NCBI GenBank assembly: GCA_041690295.1
Contig: JAWLHR010000004.1
Span: 85,019 to 149,018 of the forward strand
Length of the DNA stretch: 64,000 nt
Direction: 5' to 3'
From: Bdellovibrionales bacterium
Lineage (GTDB): Bacteria; Bdellovibrionota; Bdellovibrionia; Bdellovibrionales; UBA1609
Below, piece after piece: positions 48,444 through 56,426 of this stretch. The translations under genes were made by a program, and so were the position numbers. Position 1 is the stretch's first letter; every line of letters begins with the position of its first letter. The notes below the pieces were generated by a model, which saw nothing but the letters and a program-made list of their open reading frames with translations, searched no databases and was not told the DNA's origin.

Positions 48444-49640
48444 TTAATCGACTCTAGGAAACGTCATGGTCACAATGGTTCCGTGATCGACTTTGCTTTG
48501 AATGGAGAAGGTTCCCCCCATATTTTCAACATTTGCACGGGCATTGAAGACTCCGATTCCTGAACCGCTATCGCCGGCCTGCTTACCATAACTGATGGGC
48601 TCTTTGCCGAGTCGGCGTAGAATTTCTTCGGGAATGCCTTTTCCTGTGTCGCTAATAATCACGGCAATGTCCCGTAAGGAAGATCGTAGCGCTACCGTAA
48701 TTTCGCCGGCCCCATTTAACGCTTCGACGGAATTGTTGATCAAATTGGAAAGTGATTGAGCATACATTTTCCTGTCTAACAGGCAAATGGCCTCTTTCGT
48801 ATCGCCCTGAACACTCGATGTTATCTTGATTTTGGAATCCGCGGGTAATGAAGCTCGCTTTTCTAAAACCAGCTCCTGAAGAAAATCCGCGACTTTTACC
48901 GGGGTTAGAAGGTTTTTTTGCTTAAGAGCCTGGCCGGAAAACGGTTTGCTTTGGGAAGGCATCTTATATTTGGCCAAGAGGTCGTTGGCGATTTCATTAA
49001 TTCGCTGAGCCGCGTTTTTCACGATGGATCGTTTTTCCTCGGGAAGGTCCTTAAGCGAGGCAATGACCATGTTCAGCGCGGACAAGGGAGATCGAATGTC
49101 ATGAGAAACTTGGGTCGCCAGAGCGTTGAAAGCCTCTTTTTGCTCAATGCTCAACGAAAGATTATAATCGGCGATGAGTCGAGCCCGCATGCGTTTTGAG
49201 AGAAAGTGCATCATAAATCCGCTGAGCAGGACGGCGACAATCGAAACGAACACAAAAAACGTGAGATCGAGGCCGAACTCGATGGAACCGATCTTTTCAC
49301 GAAAGGTCTCTGGTTGAGCGTCAATGACGAACGCGCTTTGTAAAAGCGGCTTCTTGTACAGAGGAGGGACGGTCAATGACTCTCGTCCGTCCGCGCTGAT
49401 ATAGCGAATGTAGGTGAAATGGGAGCTTACACTTAAACTGATCTCGATCATGGCGCTTCGATAGTCGCCCTTAATGAGATTCGGATGTGATTGTGTCACG
49501 GCGATTGACGCCAGTTGTTTTTTGAACGAATGAAAAAGCCAAAAGCCGGCGCCAACGCCCGAGAGCGTGAGACAAAGAAAGTAAATCCTGAGATTGAACT
49601 CCGCTTTCTTTATTGTTCTCTCGATGTTTTGAACGCTCAT
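48444..49640 (-). CDS. Membrane sensor histidine kinase
   Basis: Two TMs around a small periplasmic domain; QVSHDIRSPL H-box, NLINNSVEA N-box, DTGKGI, GSGIGV. Confidence 0.93.
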   Translation of the reverse strand: MSVQNIERTIKKAEFNLRIYFLCLTLSGVGAGFWLFHSFKKQLASIAVTQSHPNLIKGDYRSAMIEISLSVSSHFTYIRYISADGRESLTVPPLYKKPLLQSAFVIDAQPETFREKIGSIEFGLDLTFFVFVSIVAVLLSGFMMHFLSKRMRARLIADYNLSLSIEQKEAFNALATQVSHDIRSPLSALNMVIASLKDLPEEKRSIVKNAAQRINEIANDLLAKYKMPSQSKPFSGQALKQKNLLTPVKVADFLQELVLEKRASLPADSKIKITSSVQGDTKEAICLLDRKMYAQSLSNLINNSVEALNGAGEITVALRSSLRDIAVIISDTGKGIPEEILRRLGKEPISYGKQAGDSGSGIGVFNARANVENMGGTFSIQSKVDHGTIVTMTFPRVD

Positions 49641-49642
49641 GG

Positions 49643-50575
49643 CTAGCCTATAAAATGAGGAAGTGAATTGGGTTTGAAGCCGCAGTCGTATTCGATCAAA
49701 TCACGATGCGAGACCTGCACAACGCTCATCCGATCTCTTAGGTCTTCCAGGATGTCGGGAATTTTGAGTTTTCGAACATCGAAGTCGTCCAAACGGAACG
49801 GTCTTTTTTCACGGAAATCAGGTCCATCCATTTGAGCATCGGGAAAAAGGTGGCGGATTTGTCTGACGTAATCGGGATCCAAACCGAGGAGTCCATGGTG
49901 AATCGGTTGCCAGCTCGATAGCGATCGGAATTCGGTCAAACTTACGGCCTGGACGGGTCTCGATGAAAATAAGAGCGGAAAGTTTTGAACGCACTCGAGG
50001 ATCGCCTTTGTGGCAGCGCTCTCCCGGCTTTGGGCCGAGCCAAAACCGAAGATATATTTTTCGACTCCCTTGCCATCTGACCTTTTGGCGACGCAAATGA
50101 GAACTTCGCATTGTTGAAAAAGGCTCTCAGCTCGATAAATAGATACTGACACGTTTCGCTCGCGGCACTTATCCAGGAAAAAGCCAAAGGCCTTATCCGT
50201 CGGTTGCAAGTTTTGTAGCTTATATGGAATGCCATCATTGAAATGGGCGAGGACCGCATCGCGCTCGATGGCCTCGAGCGCCGCGTTGATAATGGCTTGG
50301 TCCTCATCGAAATGCGCGGCAATTCCACTCAAAGATTTCGATTTCGAACGATGCAAAGTGATTCGCTCAAACATCTCAATTAATGATTTGCCCACGGCGC
50401 GCTCGTCAGTTTCGGCCACGGATCGGCCGACGATCTCAACCCCGGAATCGGCACAAATGGCGCGAACGTCAAAATAACCCGGAAGCCAATCTTTTATATA
50501 AGTGAGATTCTCGAATCGAAGATTGATCTTTCGTTGAGCCAGCGCCCAATTTGTCAGTTCTTCGAAATTTTCCAT
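49643..50575 (-). CDS. YcaO-like protein (compact, stand-alone)
   Basis: KSLIEMFER, SLSGIAAH...ALEAIERDA, GFGS...KAILECVQ, C-terminal LPHFIG. Confidence 0.8.
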   Translation of the reverse strand: MENFEELTNWALAQRKINLRFENLTYIKDWLPGYFDVRAICADSGVEIVGRSVAETDERAVGKSLIEMFERITLHRSKSKSLSGIAAHFDEDQAIINAALEAIERDAVLAHFNDGIPYKLQNLQPTDKAFGFFLDKCRERNVSVSIYRAESLFQQCEVLICVAKRSDGKGVEKYIFGFGSAQSRESAATKAILECVQNFPLLFSSRPVQAVSLTEFRSLSSWQPIHHGLLGLDPDYVRQIRHLFPDAQMDGPDFREKRPFRLDDFDVRKLKIPDILEDLRDRMSVVQVSHRDLIEYDCGFKPNSLPHFIG

Positions 50576-52098
50576 AAAGGTGAATTGGGGAACAAAATCG
50601 AAAAGTCAGCACGCCATGGCTTGCGAATAACTGACACATAGGGGGTTCGTAAAATGGGAATGATCACCGGATTTAGCAAGCTTTCGAGGTGGAGCTGTTT
50701 AAGAGCTTGAAGTCGTTGTTCCTCGTCCGTCAAATAAAGGTATTTCTCGATCCACAACTCACGTTCCTGCTCCGTCGTGCCGAGAAAACCTGATTTTAAG
50801 CTGTTTATGACATTCGGAAGTTGCTCAAGAAACCCGGTATCCATGGAAACGATGTAAAGATGGGGATATTCAGGCGCATCAACATTTGAATCGTACGAGG
50901 GAAGCCTCTTTAGTTGTACGATCTGAATGCCCGGTAGAATTTCCTGAACGACAGGCCGCATGCGATCGAAGTTACGGGCAAAGAAGCCGAGCACAAGCTC
51001 TGATCCGTCCTCGTGTTTTGGGACCGGTGTTTTTCGCTTTTCGAGGACAGCGCTTAACTGCTCGTCCGTAAGACTTCCTTTCCCGCCCTCGGGAAAATAC
51101 TGGTAGGTCGATTGATAACCGGTTCTCCCGCCAAAAACGGATGCGAGTTGATTGGCCACGGCGTTTCCAACCGCCCATCGGCGATCTGATGACAATTGGA
51201 GACCTTTTTGCGTGAAAACCAAGAGCTCAAGCCGCACGGGGAGAGTTTGAAAAAGCGTGGCCTCATTTGAGTCGCGATATTTGTCGATACGCTCACTGAT
51301 GTCGGTTTGATCCAACGTACTGAGCAGATCGATTTGACCCGACTCAAATAGTTCAAGACCCGACTTCGAGGATTCGCGCGTGGGAATAAAAACCGGATTC
51401 TGTGGAATATCTTGCGAATAGAGGAAGTGCCGGGGGTTCGCGCGAAGCACAATGGCGCCGTCACTCCGGCGTTCTTTAACAGAGTAGACGCCGGACGTAA
51501 TGGATAGATTCAAAGATCTGAGATCGTTGGGATCCACCGAGCGCTTGGGGATTACGGCAAAATCGATGGAGCTGAAGTTTTCGAAGATGGTGAAGGTTTT
51601 CTTGCTCGGTTTTAATCTAAGCTTGCCGTCCACAATGCGGATTCCAGCACATTGATCGTTCACGGACTTGGGTTGGCTATCCGGACAAATCAGTTTCTTC
51701 AAATCGCCGTGCGTGCTTGATCCCAGCACAAGCAATCGCATCAATGAAAAGTAGGCGTCCTCGACTGTGATCTTTTGTCCCTCGGAATCAACTAAATCCT
51801 TGTTGATTTCAAATTCGATTTCATCATCGACCCAATAGAATTTCGACGCGGCTCCGGGAATGAGTCGGCCGAGATTGTCTCGCAACAAAAGGGGAATATA
51901 CAGATTCTCTAAAAAAGCATACTGTCCGGCGACTTGAACTCGAGCGGGATCGAACTCGGAAAGGGAAGTCTCATAAGGGAATCCAACTTTGAACTCGTGA
52001 ACATTTGAAGGGACGGTCATGAGATAACCTCTGAGGCTAAAAAAAATGGCACTCAGAATGAAGAGTGCCATTGTTGCTAGAAAAAACTTAATGTTCAT
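50554..52098 (-). CDS. Family-5 (OppA-like) extracellular solute-binding protein, orphan
   Basis: N-terminal anchor/signal; FDPA...ENLYIPLL...LIPGAA, ITVEDAYFSLMR, TSGVYSV, LRANP, FESGQIDL. Confidence 0.8.
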   Translation of the reverse strand: MNIKFFLATMALFILSAIFFSLRGYLMTVPSNVHEFKVGFPYETSLSEFDPARVQVAGQYAFLENLYIPLLLRDNLGRLIPGAASKFYWVDDEIEFEINKDLVDSEGQKITVEDAYFSLMRLLVLGSSTHGDLKKLICPDSQPKSVNDQCAGIRIVDGKLRLKPSKKTFTIFENFSSIDFAVIPKRSVDPNDLRSLNLSITSGVYSVKERRSDGAIVLRANPRHFLYSQDIPQNPVFIPTRESSKSGLELFESGQIDLLSTLDQTDISERIDKYRDSNEATLFQTLPVRLELLVFTQKGLQLSSDRRWAVGNAVANQLASVFGGRTGYQSTYQYFPEGGKGSLTDEQLSAVLEKRKTPVPKHEDGSELVLGFFARNFDRMRPVVQEILPGIQIVQLKRLPSYDSNVDAPEYPHLYIVSMDTGFLEQLPNVINSLKSGFLGTTEQERELWIEKYLYLTDEEQRLQALKQLHLESLLNPVIIPILRTPYVSVIRKPWRADFSILFPNSPLWKISKN

Positions 52099-52110
52099 TT
52101 GAAAGCGAAC

Positions 52111-52275
52111 TTACCTCTCTCCAATTCCAGGAGTATAGGTGCCGATTTCGTCTGGCCTATCCGTCAATAAATCCGCATTCTTGAGCTTCTTGATCACATT
52201 TCCATCCTGAGAATCAGCGGCATGTGCTGTAGCAAGTCCAAGGATCGTTCCCAGCAAAACTAACAATGCCTTCAT
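52111..52275 (-). CDS. 54-aa secreted small peptide (candidate signal/RiPP-like precursor)
   Basis: Below ORF-track cutoff. AGGAGGG SD 5 nt before ATG; MKALLVLLGTILGLATAHA|ADSQDGNVIKKLKNADLLTDRPDEIGTYTPGIGER; stop 12 nt before the SBP start. Confidence 0.8.
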   Translation of the reverse strand: MKALLVLLGTILGLATAHAADSQDGNVIKKLKNADLLTDRPDEIGTYTPGIGER

Positions 52276-52322
52276 TATGTCCCTCCTGCCAAACGATGAA
52301 CTGGTCAGATAATCTATAGTTA

Positions 52323-52338
52323 AGCAAAGCTAAGGCCA
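52323..52338 (-). promoter_or_regulatory. Sigma54-type promoter motif for the peptide-SBP-YcaO-HK operon
   Basis: TGGCCTTAGCTTTGCT, 47 nt upstream of the peptide ATG. Confidence 0.68.
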
Positions 52339-52461
52339 ACAAATCAACCGGCATTAAGCAAATGCTTGTCCGATAAAGGCTTCCAAGTTTTAGGATTTTG
52401 GTCTCAATTTGAAGACGAGTTAGCGATGTGTCGAATTCGATTATGAAAAAATAACAAGGTT

Positions 52462-53946
52462 TTAAAAATCTTTTCTCCCATCCAATTGGAGTTCATACTC
52501 GGTCACCTGTGTCGTCTTGGCTTCGCCTTTCCAGGTGTAGCTGTTGCCGTTCGGGGTGAACCCAAGTTTCCGCCAAAAACCGCTGACGTCGTTTTCTTCG
52601 GAAATTCCCAATTGGATTTTTTCGATTTTGTAGGTTCGTTTCAAGAAATCGGCGATCAGCTCAAAAGAACGGCGGCCCAATCCTTTACCGAAAACGTCCT
52701 CAACCAAGAGCAGCAGTCCGATGTAGGCCACACCCTCCTGGGGATGATGGACATGAACGTCGGCGGCGCCGATCGGTTTTCCTTCATGTTCGATGATCAT
52801 GAAGGTTTTCCGATAGGCGGCGACTTTTTCTTTCGGCTCCAGGGTCATCTCGGTCTTGACCGTGTGTTCGCTCGGCTCGCAGCCATCGACTTTGCGAAAA
52901 TACTCCGGAGATCTTTTGAAAATCTCAAGAACGGTGGCCGCATCCTCGGGCGTGGCGAAACGCACTCTGAGGTGATCGGGAGGACGAGCGGGCGGGCGAC
53001 CGTTGTGTGGGCCCATGGGTACATCCTTGGGCGCGTCCTCCCACAGCCAGCCGCGATCCTTGCCAACCAGGTTACGGAAGGTCTCCGTCGGATAGATGAA
53101 TTTATCGTCTTTTGTGCGGGAGTGATCTTCGCCGATGATAAGGTAAAGGAGATCCGAATCGGTTTCATTGATAATGGTGTGCGCGATGTTGGTCCCCGCC
53201 GGAAAAACCACGCCGGTGCCGGCCTTGGCCTCGCACGTGTACCCATTCATCCAGATCGTGGCCGTTCCGGAAAGGATGAAAACAAATTCTTCTTCGATTT
53301 TATGAGCATGGGGGAAGGAGGATCTATGCCCGGGAGCGAGTTTTTCCACGCCAATGCCGAGCGCGCTCAACCCCATTTTCTCATTTAAACGAGCCCAGTG
53401 CGTGAAGGACTCTGTATCGCCGGGATAGGTCCCGGGGCCTTCGAATTCAAGTCGATTGCAATCAATGATAAACGAGGGCCATTCGCGGCCTTTTTCCTCA
53501 GGAAGAACCGGGCCGGGTTTACCCTTGTGCGGTCCCAGCTTTCGTTTCGGAGCGGACTCCCACCATATGGGAGAGGTTTCCCGCTGCTCCGGATTCACGG
53601 GAAAAGCGCAAAGGTTTTCTCTCTTCGTTTGCTCGCCCGCCACAAGAAGACGGACCGGGCGATCCGTGTTGTTGATGAAACAATGTCCAATCCCGGTTCC
53701 CGCCGGAAATCCCACCGCGCACAAGGGATGAAGACTGTGGATGTAGCCGTCGATCCAGACATCCGGATGACCTTCCAGGACGAAGACGAACTCCTCTTCC
53801 AAACTTTCGGCATGAGGAAGCGAGGACTGGCTGCCCGGTTCCAAGATTTGGTGGTGGAGGCCCACCCGCCGGAATCCTCCAAGCTCGCTGAAGCTGAGCG
53901 CCTTGTCCGCCGGGACAACGTATTTTGTGTAAGGATTTTGATTCAT
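52462..53946 (-). CDS. Cupin-cupin-GNAT acetyltransferase fusion
   Basis: SLPHAESLEEEFVFVLEG...GHCFIN and SFPHAHKIEEEFVFILSG...AHTIIN; C-terminal YIGLLL...GKGLGR...FWRKLGF; start 53946 or 53967. Confidence 0.82.
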   Translation of the reverse strand: MNQNPYTKYVVPADKALSFSELGGFRRVGLHHQILEPGSQSSLPHAESLEEEFVFVLEGHPDVWIDGYIHSLHPLCAVGFPAGTGIGHCFINNTDRPVRLLVAGEQTKRENLCAFPVNPEQRETSPIWWESAPKRKLGPHKGKPGPVLPEEKGREWPSFIIDCNRLEFEGPGTYPGDTESFTHWARLNEKMGLSALGIGVEKLAPGHRSSFPHAHKIEEEFVFILSGTATIWMNGYTCEAKAGTGVVFPAGTNIAHTIINETDSDLLYLIIGEDHSRTKDDKFIYPTETFRNLVGKDRGWLWEDAPKDVPMGPHNGRPPARPPDHLRVRFATPEDAATVLEIFKRSPEYFRKVDGCEPSEHTVKTEMTLEPKEKVAAYRKTFMIIEHEGKPIGAADVHVHHPQEGVAYIGLLLLVEDVFGKGLGRRSFELIADFLKRTYKIEKIQLGISEENDVSGFWRKLGFTPNGNSYTWKGEAKTTQVTEYELQLDGRKDF

Positions 53947-54065
53947 AGGTGTCGAGTAAAAGCTCAAAATAAGACATTAAACAAGGGGAAAATCCCGGCT
54001 CGGCGTCTCAGCCTGAAACAGGCGCTTCTGGCCATGCCTCAAAACGGGATTGAACTGGAATTTTG

Positions 54066-54093
54066 TCAAGTTCGTTTGAACAGTCTCCGATTA
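54066..54093 (+). promoter_or_regulatory. Sigma28 (FliA)-like promoter motif
   Basis: TCAAG-N15-TCCGATTA upstream of the HD-GYP gene. Confidence 0.5.
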
Positions 54094-54121
54094 GTACGAT
54101 GTCTATTGGGGAGAATGTATA

Positions 54122-54778
54122 GTGGCATGGGACGATATCCCTGACTGGTCTGTGCAGGTCGCCGAAGAACTACTCGCACAAGTCAAAGAAAAAGACGCGT
54201 TTACATTTTTCCATTGTTGTCGTGTCGGACGTCGTTCGCGAAAGTTGGCGAAGGCCATCGGACTCAATGAATTCGAGCAGTCGGTGATCGAGTTCGCGGG
54301 ACTCTTTCACGATATCGGCAAAGCCAAAATTCCACTGGAAATCCTCACTAAACCCGGCCGCTTGAACGCGAGTGAAATCGAAGTCATGAAGTCCCATCCG
54401 GAACTGAGCGCCGATATGATCAAACATTTGAGCCACGTTCCTTTCTTCCGGTTCATGTTACCGGGTGTGCGTTATCATCACGAAAAAATCGAGGGATCCG
54501 GTTACCCCAACGGACTGGCCGGAGACGCGATTCCGCTCTTCGCCCGAATCATCGCCGTGGTGGACAGCTTCGATGCCATGACCCATGCGCGACCGTACCG
54601 CAACGCTCTTCCCGAGGAAAAAGCCATTAAAGAACTCAAGGATTTTTCCGGACGTCAATTCGACGCGAAGTTGGTGAACTACTTCCTCGAACTGATGCCT
54701 CATCTGAAACGTGAAGACGAGAAAAATCAGCACGACAAAGAAGTCGTGATCGCTCACCTCATCAAAAAAGCCGCTTAA
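54122..54778 (+). CDS. HD-GYP domain cyclic dinucleotide phosphodiesterase
   Basis: FHDIGK, HPELS, HHEKIEGSGYP, VVDSFDAMT..RPY. Confidence 0.9.
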   Translation: MAWDDIPDWSVQVAEELLAQVKEKDAFTFFHCCRVGRRSRKLAKAIGLNEFEQSVIEFAGLFHDIGKAKIPLEILTKPGRLNASEIEVMKSHPELSADMIKHLSHVPFFRFMLPGVRYHHEKIEGSGYPNGLAGDAIPLFARIIAVVDSFDAMTHARPYRNALPEEKAIKELKDFSGRQFDAKLVNYFLELMPHLKREDEKNQHDKEVVIAHLIKKAA

Positions 54779-55752
54779 TTCCCGCTCATCCAGCGCAAAA
54801 CGTCGGGCGTGTGATAACTGAAGATCATGGTCGCGCCCGCACGGCGAATGGAAAGCAGAATCTCATGGACCGCGGCTTTTTCATCGATCCAACCGTTTTG
54901 CGCGGACGCTTTGACCATGGCGTATTCGCCGCTCACATTGTAAGCCGCGATCGGTAAATCGGAAAGTTCACGAAGACGGCGAATGATATCCAGATAACTG
55001 AGCGCGGGTTTAACCAATAAAACATCGGCGCCTTCGTCCTGGTCCAGGCGAGCCTCACGTTCGGCTTCCAAGGCGTTGGCCGGGTTCATTTGATAGGTTT
55101 TCTTATCACCAAATCGGGGCGCGCTCCCCAGCGCATCACGAAAGGGTCCGTAAAACGACGACGCGTACTTCGCGGTGTACGAAATGATTCCGGTCTCGGA
55201 AAATCCGGCTTCATCCAATTGCTCCCGGATGTAACCCACGCGGCCGTCCATCATATCGCTGGGAGCCACGAAATCCGCTCCGGCTTCGGCCTGAACGCGG
55301 GCCTGCTCGCCGAGAACAAGCAAAGTTTCATCATTTAAAATTTTTCCGTTCTTAACGATGCCATCATGTCCCTCGGAGGAATAGGGGTCGAGGGCCACGT
55401 CCGTGATCACGTTCAAGTGGGGGAACTCGGATTTGATCTTACGAACGGCGCGGGGAATGAGGCCATCAGGATTGGCGGCCTCACTGGCCTTGGCGTTTTT
55501 CAAATTGTCGGCGATGCGCGGAAAAAGCGCCAGAGCGCCAAGCCCCATGGCGCTCAGACGGTCGCAGTCGCGAAGAAGCTCATCCACGCTCACGCAGTCG
55601 CAGCCGGGAAGGGATTTGATCGGCTCGCGTCCGTTTTCTTCTTTGATGAACGCCGGCCAGACCAAATTTTTCGCGGTGAGTGAGGTTTCTTCGGTCATTT
55701 CGCGAATGGCGGCGTTTTTTCGTAACCGGCGGGGACGTTCAACAATTTTCAT
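54775..55752 (-). CDS. hemB: Porphobilinogen synthase
   Basis: RPRRLR, DVALDPYSSEGHDG, APSDMMDGR, YASSFYGPFR, VKPA, AYNVSGEY. Confidence 0.97.
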   Translation of the reverse strand: MKIVERPRRLRKNAAIREMTEETSLTAKNLVWPAFIKEENGREPIKSLPGCDCVSVDELLRDCDRLSAMGLGALALFPRIADNLKNAKASEAANPDGLIPRAVRKIKSEFPHLNVITDVALDPYSSEGHDGIVKNGKILNDETLLVLGEQARVQAEAGADFVAPSDMMDGRVGYIREQLDEAGFSETGIISYTAKYASSFYGPFRDALGSAPRFGDKKTYQMNPANALEAEREARLDQDEGADVLLVKPALSYLDIIRRLRELSDLPIAAYNVSGEYAMVKASAQNGWIDEKAAVHEILLSIRRAGATMIFSYHTPDVLRWMSGN

Positions 55753-56345
55753 GATCGACTCCAGATTTGAGGTAAGTGCAGGCCCAGTTCTTTTAATGCT
55801 TTCGTCAACGCGATTAAAGGCAATCCTTTAATGGCGCTCGGATCCGAACATTCCATGGACTCAATCAGAGCGAGTCCGGCTTTCTCGATCTTAATGGCTC
55901 CGGCGCAGTCATAGGGTTCATCTTGTTTGAGATAGCTCACGATTTCACCCTCGCTCAGTTGGCGCAATTTTATCAGGGTGATTTCCGTGTGGGTCACGCT
56001 TTTCAGGGGGCTGATCACCGCAAGCGACGTGATCAAACGATGGTTTTTGCCTTGAAACCTTTTGAGTTGTTCAAGGGCTTTCTCGAAGGTCCCCGGTTTG
56101 TCCAAACGTTCACCTTCAACTTCGGCGATTTGATCACTGCCGATAATGATGGCCTTGGGAAATTTCCCGCGCAGGCTTTCGGCTTTTTTAAGGGCTAAAA
56201 AACGCGTGAGTTCCACCAAGTTGGCGGGACCTTGAGACTTCAATTCGGCTTCATTGACGAGCGGATTCTCGACTTGAAATGAAATTCCGAAATTCTCGAG
56301 CAGCGATCTTCGATAAGGGGAACGGCTGGCCAGTATGACTTGCAT
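55749..56345 (-). CDS. maf: Maf family nucleoside triphosphate pyrophosphatase (YceF-like)
   Basis: LASRSPYRR, GSDQ, KP, DCAG, GLPL. Confidence 0.92.
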   Translation of the reverse strand: MQVILASRSPYRRSLLENFGISFQVENPLVNEAELKSQGPANLVELTRFLALKKAESLRGKFPKAIIIGSDQIAEVEGERLDKPGTFEKALEQLKRFQGKNHRLITSLAVISPLKSVTHTEITLIKLRQLSEGEIVSYLKQDEPYDCAGAIKIEKAGLALIESMECSDPSAIKGLPLIALTKALKELGLHLPQIWSRS

Positions 56346-56426
56346 GCCGAAACCGTAATCAAAAAGCCAAAGCGTGTCAAAATTTACTCTTTTGACCGTC
56401 GATCAGGTCCGTGACAACTTGAAATT

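Larger units (their letters stand above)
47476..48444 (+). mobile_element. IS1-like insertion sequence, copy 2 (969 bp)
   Basis: Perfect 23-bp TIRs at 47476-47498 and 48422-48444. Confidence 0.9.

Noticed and set aside
1779..48444. Composite transposon bounded by the two IS copies
   Set aside because: The interior is mostly core genes, the copies are diverged, and no outer target duplication is visible
52486..54144. 300-aa and 248-aa plus-strand ORFs
   Set aside because: Antisense to the cupin-GNAT gene, which has clear motifs
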